This document shows, piece after piece, positions 52,390-64,000 of a DNA stretch of 64,000 nucleotides. The stretch is from Eledone cirrhosa (lineage: Eukaryota). The translations under genes were made by a program, and so were the position numbers. How positions within the stretch are numbered: position 1 is the stretch's first letter; every line of letters begins with the position of its first letter. The DNA is taken from the NCBI GenBank assembly GCA_964016885.1, contig OZ024741.1, positions 25,730,001 through 25,794,000 on the forward strand, written 5' to 3'. The notes under the pieces were generated by a model. The model worked only from the letters and a program-made list of their open reading frames with translations, did not search any database and had not been told where the DNA came from.

Positions 52390-52724
52390 GTTTTATAAAT
52401 ATAGTTTCCATTTATTTAATATTGTAAATATACTCCAAATATTTGTCGAGTGCTTTTATATCAGTTATAAATATTTACTAGTTGTAACCCAACAATTTTA
52501 AATATAACTTTCCATATATATAATGTATATATATTAGATTAGAGCAAACATCACGGGCGCTCTATCTCAAAATTATTTTTGAAAAGCATTAGAAATGCGC
52601 AACCGGTAAAAACTTAAAACTAAAACTGAATACTAACCAATACTTATTACTAATGTTTACTTATTCCTAATTAAACTATTTTTCACTGGGAACAATTTGT
52701 CAGCATTTTCTTTTCCTTTTACCA

Positions 52725-52924
52725 ATATATATATATATATATATAAACGGAAAAAATGAAACGAAATTTCATTTCCCACTCTATAATAAATGTTCGGTGA
52801 ATCCATACGTACATATATATATGTGTGCATGTATGTATATATATATACATACTACTGTACGTCTGTATACATATATGTATGTACGTGTACATACTTATAT
52901 ATGAGAGAGAGAGAGAGATATATG

Positions 52925-52958
<34 letters not shown>

Positions 52959-53122
52959 GAGAGAGAGATATATGTATATATATATAGAGAGAGAGAGAGA
53001 TATATGTATATATATATATGTATGTATATATATATAGAGATATATGTATATATATATATGTATATATATATAGAGATATATGTATATATGTATATATATA
53101 TAGAGATATATATGTATATATA
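52725..53122. repeat. (TA)n/(GA)n compound microsatellite
   Basis: Direct inspection. Confidence 0.92.
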
Positions 53123-53410
53123 TCATCATCATCATCGTTTAATGTCCATCTTCCACGCTAGCATGGGTTAGACGGTTTTGTTCTATTTGATGCGGGATTG
53201 GTAAAGAGACTGTGTCTCGTTTATATATATAGTCCAACCCATGCATGTGTAGAAAAACAGACGTAATGACAATGACAATGATGATGATCATGATCATTGT
53301 CATTGTTTAACGTCCATTTTCCACGTTACAATGGGTAAGACATACTGTCCTGTTGTGAGAGATCCAGGTTAGAGGACCGTGTTTTGCTGGATGCCCTTCC
53401 TAACGCCAAT
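53123..53410. mobile_element. Three short RTE 3'-end fragments in alternating orientation (-,+,-)
   Basis: catcgtttaatgtccatcttcc (-), ccaacccatgcatg...gacgtaatgac (+), gtttaacgtccattttcc...ggatgcccttcctaacgcc (-). Confidence 0.75.
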
Positions 53411-53418
53411 ATATATAA

Positions 53419-56400
53419 TCCAGCCCACACTGTAAATATGGTTGTGTAGGAGACACTGTAAAAAGCACCCAGCCCACACTGTAAATATGGTTGTGTAGGA
53501 GACACTGTAAAAAGCACCCAGCCCACACTGTAAATATGGTTGTGTAGGAGACACGGTAAAAAGCACCCAGCCCACACTGTAAATATGGTTGTGTAGGAGA
53601 CACGGTAAAAAGCACCCAGCCCACACTGTAAATGTGGTTGTGTAGGAGACACGGTAAAAAGCACCCAACACATACTATAAATGTGGTTGTGTAGGAGACA
53701 CGGTAAAAAGCACCCAGCCCACACTGTAAATGTGGTTGTGTAGGAGACACGGTAAAAAGCACCCAGCACATACTGTAAATGTGGTTGTGTAGGAGACACG
53801 GTAAAAAGCACCCAGCACAAACTGTAAATGTGGTTGTGTAGGAGACACTGTAAAAAGCACCCAGCACACACTGTAAATGTGGTTGTGTAGGAGACACGGT
53901 AAAAAGCACACAGCCCACACTGTAAATATGGTTGTGTAGGAGACACGGTAAAAAGCACCCAGCCCACACTGTAAATATGGTTGTGTAGGAGACACGGTAA
54001 AAAGCACCCAGCCCACACTGTAAATATGGTTGTGAAGGAGACACGGTAAAAAGCACCCAGCCCACACTGTAAATATGGTTGTGTAGGAGACACGGTAAAA
54101 AGCACCCAACACATACTGTAAATGTGGTTGTGTAGGAGACACGGTAAAAAGCACCCAACACATACTGTAAATGTGGTTGTGTAGGAGACACGGTAAAAAG
54201 CACCCAGCACACACTGTAAATGTGGTTGTGTAGGAGACACGGTAAAAAGCACCCAACACACACTGTAAATGTGGTTGTGTAGGAGACACGGTAAAAAGCC
54301 ACCCAACACATACTGTAAATGTGGTTGTGTAGGAGACACGGTAAAAAGCACCCAACACACACTGTAAATGTGGTTGTGTAGGAGACACGGTAAAAAGCAC
54401 CCAGCACATACTGTAAATGTGGTTGTGTAGGAGACACGGTAAAAAGCACCCAGCACACACTGTAAATGTGGTTGTGTAGGAGACACGGTAAAAAGCACCC
54501 AGCACACACTGTAAATGTGGTTGTGTAGGAGACACGGTAAAAAGCACCCAGCACACACTGTAAATGTGGTTGTGTAGTAGACACGGTAAAAAGCACCCAA
54601 CACATACTGTAAATGTGGTTGTGTAGGAGACACGGTAAAAAGCACCCAACACATACTGTAAATGTGGTTGTGTAGGAGACACGGTAAAAAGCACCCAGCA
54701 CATACTGTAAATGTGGTTGTGTAGGAGACAGTAAAAAGCACCCAGCACACACTGTAAATGTGGTTGTGTAGGAGACACGGTAAAAAGCACCCAACACACA
54801 CTGTAAATGTGGTTGTGTAGGAGACACGGTAAAAAGCACCCAACACATACTGTAAATGTGGTTGTGTAGGAGACATGGTAAAAAGCACCCAGCACACACT
54901 GTAAATGTGGTTGTGTAGGAGACACGGTAAAAAGCACCCAGCACACACTGTAAATGTGGTTGTGTAGGAGACATGGTAAAAAGCACCCAGCACACACTGT
55001 AAATGTGGTTGTGTAGGAGACACGGTAAAAAGCACCCAACACACACTGTAAATGTGGTTGTGTAGGAGACACGGTAAAAAGCACCCAACACATACTGTAA
55101 ATGTGGTTGTGTAGGAGACACGGTAAAAAGCACCCAACACACACTGTAAATGTGGTTGTGTAGGAGACACGGTAAAAAGCACCCAGCACACACTGTAAAT
55201 GTGGTTGTGTAGAAGACACGGTAAAAAGCACCCAGCACATACTGTAAATGTGGTTGTGTAGGAGACACGGTAAAAAGCACCCAACACACACTGTAAATGT
55301 GGTTGTGTAGGAGACAGTAAAAAGCACCCAACACACACTGTAAATGTGGTTGTGCAGGAGACATGGTAAAAAGCACCCAGCACACACTGTAAATGTGGTT
55401 GTGTAGGAGACACTGTAAAAAGCACCCAGCACACACTGTAAATGTGGTTGTGTAGGAGACACGGTAAAAAGCACCCAACACACACTGTAAATGTGCTTGT
55501 GTAGGAGACACGGTAAAAAGCACCCAACACACACTGTAAATGTGCTTGTGTAGGAGACACGGTAAAAAGCACCCAACACATACTGTAAATGTGGTTGTGT
55601 AGGAGACACGGTAAAAAGCACCCAACACACACTGTAAATGTGGTTGTGTAGGAGACACGGTAAAAAGCACCCAACACACACTGTAAATGTGCTTGTGTAG
55701 GAGACACGGTAAAAAGCACCCAGCACATACTGTAAATGTGGTTGTGTAGGAGACACGGTAAAAAGCACCCAACACACACTGTAAATGTGGTTGTGTAGGA
55801 GACACGGTAAAAAGCACCCAACACACACTGTAAATGTGGTTGTGTAGGAGACGCGGTAAAAAGCACCCAACACATACTGTAAATGTGGTTGTGTAGGAGA
55901 CACGGTAAAAAGCACCCAACACACACTGTAAATGTGGTTGTGTAGGAGACACGGTAAAAAGCACCCAACACACACTGTAAATGTGGTTGTGTAGGAGACA
56001 CGGTAAAAAGCACCCAGCACATACTGTAAATGTGGTTGTGTAGGAGACACAGTAAAAAGCACCCAGCACATACTGTAAATGTGGTTGTGTAGGAGACACT
56101 GTAAAAAGCACCCAACACACACTGTTAATGTGCTTGTGTAGGAGACACGGTAAAAAGCACCCAAGACATACTGTAAATGTGGTTGTGTAGGAGACACGGT
56201 AAAAAGCACCCAGCACATACTGTAAATGTGGTTGTGTAGGAGACACGGTAAAAAGCACCCAACACACACTGTAAATGTGCTTGTGTAGGAGACACGGTAA
56301 AAAGCACCCAGCACATACTGTAAATGTGGTTGTGTAGGAGACACGGTAAAAAGCACCCAACACACACTGTAAATGTGGTTGTGTAGGAGACACGGTAAAA

Positions 56401-56575
56401 AGCACCCAACACACACTGTAAATGTGCTTGTGTAGGAGACACGGTAAAAAGCACCCAGCACACACTGTAAATGTGGTTGTGTAGTAGACACGGTAAAAAG
56501 CACCCAACACATACTATAAATGTGGTTGTGTAGGAGACACGGTAAAAAGCACCCAGCACACACTGTAAATGTAGT
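53419..56575. repeat. 49-bp minisatellite, about 64 copies, derived from the RTE 3' UTR (cacactgtaaatgtggttgtgtaggagacacggtaaaaagcacccagca)
   Basis: The last unit runs directly into gttggcattaggaagggcatcc...; the unit matches 3860-3960. Confidence 0.97.
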
Positions 56576-56726
56576 TGGCATTAGGAAGGGCATCCAACCA
56601 TAGACAACCAGCTAGAAAGCATGTTATATGAGGGAGACGTGGTCACCCGGCCCAACTTGCCTCTAATGGGACAAACCCGTCTAACCCATGCTAACATGGA
56701 AGATAGATGTTAAGCGATGATGATGA
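56576..56726 (+). mobile_element. RTE 3' terminus following the 49-bp array
   Basis: aggaagggcatcc...aacccatgctaacatggaagatagatgttaagc(gat)n. Confidence 0.85.
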
Positions 56727-57929
56727 AATTTTTCATGAAGGAAATAAAACTTTTTTTTTTTCACTTAATAAATATAAAACCTCTATACACAATATCTTCT
56801 TCTTCTCCTTCTTCTCCTTCTTCTTCTTCTCCTCCTCCTCCTTCTTCTTCTTCTCCTCCTTCTTCTCCTCCTTCTTCTCCTCCTTCTCCTCCTCCTCCGT
56901 CTTCTTCTTCTTCTTCTTCTATCATTAATACTTACACATACTTATGTACACATTATTTACATATCTATCCATTCATAGAAGTTTCTTCCTCCTCCTGGTC
57001 CTAACCACCATTACCATCATCACCACCACCACCATTACCATCATCACCACCACCATCTGCTGTCAGTAGTGACACTATATATATAGACATATACATGTAA
57101 TGTGTTTTTCTGTTGCTAAGTAAATTCATTTCTCTTTTTTTTTTTCTATTTTACCTAAAGAGGAGAGCATTTAACTTTACACACACACTCTCTCTGTCTC
57201 TCTTTCTTTCTCTCTCTCTCTGTCTCTCTTTCTTTCTCACTCTCTCTTTCCCTCTCCTTCTCTCTCTCTCTCTCTCTCCATCTCTCTACCCCTCCCCTCT
57301 TCCCCTGTCATCCACCCCTATCTCTCCCCGTCACCCCACTGCCCCTGTCTTCTCATTCTCCTTCTCTATTGCTTCTCTCTCTCTCTCTCTCTCCCATTAA
57401 TGGAGTCAGGATATCATCTAAGTTTCTACTCGTTAGTTGTCAATAATTAAGGCCTGTTCGTTAGCCAGTCTCGTGTTTCTTTCCACTGTGTCAATTATTT
57501 GGAAATAGATCAGAATTTTCTAAGCAGTGAATAAACTATACAATGTCAATTGTAATGTTATTGGTTATGGTGATGATGGTGATGATATTGGTAATAATGA
57601 TGATGATGTTGGTGATGGTGATATTGATGATGATCATCATCATATTGCTTATGATATTGGTAATAATGATGATGTTGGTAATAATGATGATGATGATCAA
57701 GCCTGTAATCATAGATCTGCTCAATTAGATCTAACCTTGGATTAAACAATAACAATAACAACTTCCTGTTAGGTTTCTGCAAGTGTATCAATGTAGGGGA
57801 TCTGGTGAAGTGTGCGGGTGTGTATGCAGAATCTGCAGAAGTCCGGACTAATTGCCACGCAGTATTCAAACACAACCCTTTGGGATCTGAGTTCAAATTG
57901 TTGGAATCCTGTTAACCTTTCTCCTATTC

Positions 57930-58080
57930 TCTCCTGTCAGATATGGGGCCCCCCTGTCAGATGTGGGGCCCTCCTGTCAAATGTGGTGCCCTCCTGTCAA
58001 ATGTGGTGCCCTCCTGTCAGATGTGGTGCCCTCCTGTCAGATGTGGGGCTCTCCTGTCAGATGTGGGGCCCTCCTGTCTT
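57930..58080. repeat. 21-bp tandem repeat, about 7 copies (ctcctgtcagatgtggggccc)
   Basis: Direct inspection. Confidence 0.92.
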
Positions 58081-58157
58081 GCATCATGAATCTGGTAAGG
58101 AAAATGTTAAGAGACTGTCATATTTCAATTGACACCCAGGAACCAGTATAAGATTGG

Positions 58158-58203
<46 letters not shown>

Positions 58204-58444
58204 ATTATTTTTATTCACAGTTGTATAAATAACATTACAAATTATTCACAATTTTTTCAGAATGAAAATATAAAATACAAATCTAAACATATATAATAAA
58301 TATAATTAACTATTGCTAGGAACTTTACAAATATAACACACAAAAATATAGTATCAGAGTGAGAGAAAGAAAGAAGGAAAAAAGGAGGGGAAACTAAAAC
58401 AAAAGAACCACCAAGTGTGACAATCAATCGCACATCATTCCCGG

Positions 58445-58645
58445 TCAACAGAAATTTTTGAGGCGAACCAACACTCTCGCAGTATTACCACGAATGATGG
58501 TGTGGCTAAGGCATTGAAACAACCAGGCACCCTCACAGGCATCACCTGACACCTCAGTAAAACGAGTCACTAGTGATAAGAACTTCGCTGACTCGAGCCC
58601 AGCTCCACCAAATGTCTCAAACATCACAGGCTGGAAAAATATACA
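58445..58645 (-). mobile_element. CRE-like (RLE) retrotransposon C-terminal fragment
   Basis: YIFQPVMFETFGGAGLESAKFL...GDACEGAWLFQCLSHTIIRGNTARVL; a T-rich putative 3' UTR follows on the minus strand. Confidence 0.78.
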
Positions 58646-59494
58646 GAATTAACTCTTAGAATTATAGCATTGCTCAAATATTTTGGTCTTTGTATAAACT
58701 GGTGTAATATTGTTGATTACTCTTAATTACACACTCATTAACTAATTTTCTAAACCTTTATTGGTCATTTAGTGTATTTTAGGTGATACCTTAATGGGGA
58801 TTATTTTGTCAACCATTTTGTAAGCTGCAATTAGGCCTCAAATGTGAGTTGATAAGGGTAAAAAATTACCATATTTCCTGCCACGGAAGACACTGTTCTT
58901 TTCCCAAAATATATCTGGAAAATTTACCCCATGTCATGGAGTATGAAGATTATATTAGAATTCATGTTAACCTTTTTCTTTCTAAAATTTAGTCACTCAA
59001 AATGGTGGGAGTTGGGGTGCCTATGATGTCATACTATAATAGTTGTTTTATTTATTTTTTATTTTTGTCCTGCTATTAGACTCTGAAAAATATATTGCAA
59101 GTGAGAGGTGTCAACTGTTTGTCATAATGGCTAAATACAGGATCTGCCATCTAACATGCAGAGGAGCAGAAGATATCCAAATGCAAGGATTTGACCAACT
59201 GTTTCCTTTTTGTGGCAGTCACCTTAAACCCCTCTGGTGTGGTCAGTCCCCAGACTGCTGTTTTTCTCTGAAAAATCAGGAGAAATACATTCCATCTGAG
59301 GAAAGAACCCTAGGAGGTGGAATGGCTGATGCAGCGAGTATCGCTGGCTCTTCTCTGCTGTAATGCTGTTGCCATTTTGTATACAGGACACTGCCCAGTT
59401 TTATCCCTCCTTTTCAACTTCCCCTTTTTTTAATTTAATTTTTTCTCCCTCTTTTTTCTGTTTTTCTCTCTTCCTGTTTATTATTTTAACCCCT

Positions 59495-59820
59495 TTTAAC
59501 CCTTTAGCTACCAACCTGGCCAAAACTGGCCCTGGTACTATGAGACAACACCACCCATTTTAAAGGTTTCCAATATAAATTAAAATCTTCCAACATAATT
59601 TTATATAAGAACTGCCTTTGTCATTAACACTTTCATTACCGTATTTCTCATGAAAGATATTACCTATGATTTTCAAATCATTTTTGAAAATGAAGAATTT
59701 GGAGGGATTTAGTAAAATAACTTCTTTAATATTTACAAGGTGTTTGGAATGCAACTTAACAAAGGTTATTGCATAAAATTATGATTGAGGGTTTTTAAAC
59801 ATAAACACTTTAAAATGAAC
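59495..59820. mobile_element. Rearranged MITE fragments (TTAA-CCC family)
   Basis: ttaaccctttagctacc...; matches 33420-33540. Confidence 0.55.
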
Positions 59821-59935
59821 AGTTTTCTTTTTTTTTAATCATTGAACTTCAATTTGGCATCAAAATTCTTAAGTCCTTCCATCTGGCACCACAAGGAGAT
59901 GGGGTTAGAGAGCCTTGTTAGATTATTATTATTAT

Positions 59936-60335
59936 TAGGGTGGTGGATTGGCAGGATCAGTAGAGGGTCAGACGCCATGCTTTGCAGCATAGAGTTACAG
60001 CCCTTTATGATCTGAGTTCAAATCCCACTGAGGCTAACTTTGCCTTTCATCCTTACGGGGTCGATAAAATAAAGTACCAGTAATGCACTGGGTAATTGCT
60101 GGCCTTGTGCCAAAAGTAGAAACAATTATTAGGGTGGTGGATTGGCAGAATTGGTAGAGCATCAAACAACATGCTTAGTGTCATAAAGTTATGACCCCTT
60201 ACATTCTAAGTTTAAATTCTGCTGAGGTTAGCTTTGCCTTTCATCCTTATGGAGTTGATAAATAAAATACCAGTAATGCACTGGGTTCGATTTAATCAAT
60301 TTCCCCTCCCCTTCAAAATGCTGGCCTTGTGCCAT
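59936..60335 (+). mobile_element. Tandem pair of Nin/Deu-like tRNA-SINEs (short then long subfamily)
   Basis: Two agggtggtggattggcag heads (59937, 60131), each with gagttcaaatcc...gcctttcatcctt...gataaa...agtaccag. Confidence 0.88.
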
Positions 60336-60750
60336 TATTATTATTATTGCTGCTGTTGTTGTTGTATTTGATGGTTTTGTTTAATCAGTTAATTAGAATC
60401 TCATTTCAATTCTTCAGAGACTAAGTGATGTCTCGTTTCCTTGTCATTAATTAACATAAGTCTGTAATTAAGTTTGTGTTGTTAGTCAAATCTTCTCTTG
60501 TAATGGAGAATTGATGTTCCTTACAATGACATGTCTATTGTCTGCTGGGCTTTATCAGGAAATTACCTCCAGGGACTTCCACTCACTTCTATTATCTCTA
60601 ACCCCTCCCCCCCTCTCTCTCTCTATATATATATATATATGTCACTCACACTTAGACACACATATTCACTCTCCTGTTCTTATTTATTGTCTTCTCTCAT
60701 TCACATCCTTATTTCTTATTGACCACACACATTTTCTCTCATATATATAT

Positions 60751-60826
<76 letters not shown>

Positions 60827-61069
60827 AATAAGACTGTTTTTACTCCAATCAGTGTACTAACCCTCAGCAAGAACCCTAAACCAAACACCGACCTGTACCT
60901 ATAACTTCTTCCAAACCAAACCTCACCCCCCCCAAATTTGACAAATCAATCGCAGACCACCCATTCTTCCAACCCCGGCTTATGTAACCGGACCACAGCA
61001 GTCACCAAATGAGAAAGACAGCCGTTAAGTTGCAGCTGTCATATTACGTAGTTTCTATATAATAAAGCA

Positions 61070-61385
61070 GAATTGTTAGAAGGTCAGATATAATGCTTTG
61101 CTGTATTTGTTTTGGTTCTCTGCTCTCTGTGTTCAAATCATGCCATGGGCATCTTTGCCTTTTATCCTTTCAAGGTCTATAAAAAAGTACCAGTCTAGTA
61201 CTGGGGTCAATCTTCCTCTATATCTCGTTCTCACTTCCATTCTCTCACTTTCTATCCTTCTCTGGAAGAAATCTGGTGTAGTTAGACCTGGAGAGGAGAT
61301 GGGCTCTGCCAGGTTTTAAAATGTCCTAGAAACACTGTATGTCACTATGGCACCTCTACAACTCTCCCAGGAGTTACAGGACTGT
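61070..61385 (+). mobile_element. SINE of the 5899-6260 family
   Basis: Colinear core and tail. Confidence 0.75.
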
Positions 61386-62129
61386 ATATATATATATATA
61401 TATAAATTATGAGTAGGAAAAGCAAAACAGCAAAAAGTTACCTTATTTTACTTCAATGTCCTGACTGCAGTTTCACCGAGTGGTGTGCAGTTATTGTGCA
61501 TCAATAGCTTATGTATATGTGTGTGTATCTTCTATAATTTTGTTATATATATAGTCAATTGTAAGCTACAGTAGAAGACACCTACCCAAGTTGTCATGCA
61601 ACTAGGGTTGATTAAAAGCCTTGAAGGCAGTGCCCCAGTATGACCACAGTTGAATAACTGAAATCGTTTAGGGCACACACACACATATATACATACATAC
61701 ACACATATGTAAGTAGAACAAACAGGACACTGTTACCATCAGAGAAAAAGCAATGCTCCATTTGTTGAAAAGGAGTTGGTATAAATTCCATAGAGTGCAT
61801 CTAGAGATGAACCAGCATCAGAGGCAGCTAAGAGAGGAAAGATGTGTGTGGTAGATGAAAATGTGTGAGCTGTAAATTTCATTTCATATAAACAGTTTGT
61901 TTATGATTGAGTCTGGTTTATAAACATTATCATTCATGTCTTCAAAACTTCTTTACATTTATGTATGTGTGTGTATATATGGATATGTGTAAGTATGTAT
62001 ATGAAAGCTGGTGTGAATGAATGTATGTGAGTACACAGACATATGTACATGTTTATGTATATGTACTCTATGCTAACACACACATCAACATACAAATACA
62101 TATACAATCAACCACCACCACCACCACTT

Positions 62130-62514
62130 TTATCATCATCATCATTTAACATCTGCTATTCCTGCTAGCAAGGGTGGGTCTTCAGAGACCGAGACAGTAC
62201 TGAAGTGGGTCTACTAACTTTCCAGACAGACCAGGTGTCTGCATCTCACTTACAATCCTATGCTTTATTAAGTGCATTTCATTACCAGGGAGAAGTTTTC
62301 ATGTCTTTGATACAACTGAAGGGTCTTCCCAACCCTTTGTTTGCCAAGTTTTCTATGGCTGGATGCCCTTCCTATCACCAACCACATTACAAAATGTACT
62401 GTGTGCATTTAGCAGGACATGGTTATCTGATCTGGCTTGTCTCGAAACGGGACAACTCATCTAACCGATGTTAGTGAGGAAAAATGGACGTTAAATGATG
62501 GCGATGATGATGAC

Positions 62515-62549
<35 letters not shown>

Positions 62550-62550
62550 C
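62130..62550. mobile_element. Head-to-head RTE 3'-end fragments (- then +) with (GAT)n tail
   Basis: ttttctatggctggatgcccttcc (-) and aaatggacgttaaat(gat)n (+). Confidence 0.7.
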
Positions 62551-62899
62551 CACCACAAGAAACGTTGTTGGGTCATTGACACAACTGATTCCTCACAGTT
62601 TTTTCCTCTTGCCACCCAAGGCTGCTGTTGCTTCTTCTGTTGTATAATAAATATTTGTATTAATTGTACTGTCTCATAATCTATTTCTCTCACTCTCCTC
62701 CCCCCCTCTCTCACTCTCCTCTCCCTCTCCACTCCTCTGTCTTCCCCTCCCTCTCTTTCTCTGACTGTCTCTCTCTGTCTGTGTGAATCTTGAAGTAGGT
62801 CAACATATCTTATCCTGGAGATCTTCTATAATTGCTACATTAAACCATTAGAGAGAGATAGCCAAGTATTTGGGGGAAATAATACTACTACTAATAATA

Positions 62900-63632
62900 A
62901 TGGTTTCTAATTTAGGCACAAGACCAGCAATTTGGAAGGAAGGGGAAGTCAATTAAATTGACCCCAGTGCATTACTGGTACTTTATGTTATTGACCCTGT
63001 AAGGATGAAAGGCAAAGTTAACCTTGGCAGGATTTTAACCCTGATGGGATAATAATAATAATTTTATTTATTGACCACATTTAGGGGACAATACAAAGAC
63101 GGGGACAATGGGGGTTTACAATAAAATTGAGTGAAAATATACAATAACAAAACAATTTAATAATTTCTTTATTGGCCACTAGGGGCTAATAATAATGATA
63201 ATAATAATAATTGTTTCTACTTTAGGCACAAGGCCAGCAATTTGAAGTGGAGGGGAAAGTCAATTAAATCAACCCCAGTGCATTACTGGTGCTTTATTTT
63301 ATCAATCCCGTAAGGATGAAAGGCAAAGCTAACCTCAGCGGGATTTGAACACAGAACATGAAGGCCCGTAACTATGCCACAAAGCATGTGGTCTAACGCT
63401 CTATCAATACTGCCAATCCACTGCCCTTTATTACTCTAATAATAATTGTTTCTACTTTTGGCACAAGGCCAGCAATTACCCAGTGCATTACTGGTACTTT
63501 ATTTTATCGACCCCGTGAGGATGAAAGGCAAAGTTAACCTCGGCGGGATTTGAACTCAGAAGAGCAAGGGCCGTAACTCTATACGTCAAAGCATGGCGTC
63601 TGACCCTCTACCGATACTGTCAATCCACCGCC
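62900..63632 (-). mobile_element. Cluster of three Nin/Deu-like SINEs (62900-63040, 63210-63427, 63445-63632)
   Basis: Each has ggcacaag(g/a)ccagcaatt...cattactgg...gtaaggatgaaaggcaaag, within (AAT)n tracts. Confidence 0.88.
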
Positions 63633-64000
63633 ATAAATAAATAATAATAATAACAATATAGAACCACATAACAAGATAAAGGAAGGGGACTTGGAGTAAC
63701 TGGGTGAGATCAACAACAATAATTTAGACACATTGATAAATAGATGACAATAATAACAATAACAATAGTATTTTTTATTTTGTTACAAATGATTTAATTG
63801 GTATAAGGGTGAAATAGTTAGGTGGTGACATTTACAAGGACAACTTATAAATGAGTTGTGGATGTGATATGAAACATGATACAGAGAAGCAATAAACAAA
63901 TAAGTGCTTTCTAAAGAAAGTTTATATGAAGCATTGTGAAATAAATGTGGTTAGAATTGTTTTTGGAAAGCCAGTACGATGTTATGTAGAAATACATGAG

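Larger units (their letters stand above)
52062..52426. repeat. Long palindrome: 182-bp arms, 1-nt spacer (52244), one mismatch seen
   Basis: ...ttgaagaggttga-t-tcaacctcttcaa...; the arms match out to tacaatatt/aatattgta. Confidence 0.97.

Noticed and set aside
53326-56593. Three minus-strand ORFs of 930-1036 aa
   Set aside because: They result from a stop-free 49-bp unit cycling through all frames; the unit derives from an RTE UTR.
57770-57915. Possible host exon after cttcctgttag (FCKCINVGDLVKCAG...)
   Set aside because: No recognisable homology and no convincing partner exons; cannot be supported without RNA data.

Overview
Eukaryotic, AT-rich, repeat-saturated non-coding DNA (intron or intergenic). 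The SINE/LINE complement points to a coleoid cephalopod such as Octopus, but this is an inference. I could not identify any host protein-coding gene, rRNA, true tRNA or CRISPR array; the long ORFs in the track are read-throughs of micro- and minisatellites. Tandem arrays include 29-bp (about 77 copies), 59-bp (about 236 copies, 14 kb), two 51-bp, 36-bp and 49-bp (about 64 copies) units. Transposon debris includes 5'-truncated RTE, CR1, CRE-like and probably Tx1/L1 LINE ends, tRNA-derived SINEs (one triple-nested, with TSDs), two non-autonomous Helitrons, a TTAA-CCC MITE family and a decayed mariner transposase. Two observations stand out. First, a near-perfect 365-bp palindrome carries a complete minimal type-I hammerhead ribozyme fold on each strand (Penelope-like). 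Second, several arrays are tandem amplifications of LINE 3'-end segments located at or within about 50 bp of the 5' truncation point, in up to three different LINE clades. All family names come from motif recognition by eye, not database searches, and copy numbers are length divided by period.
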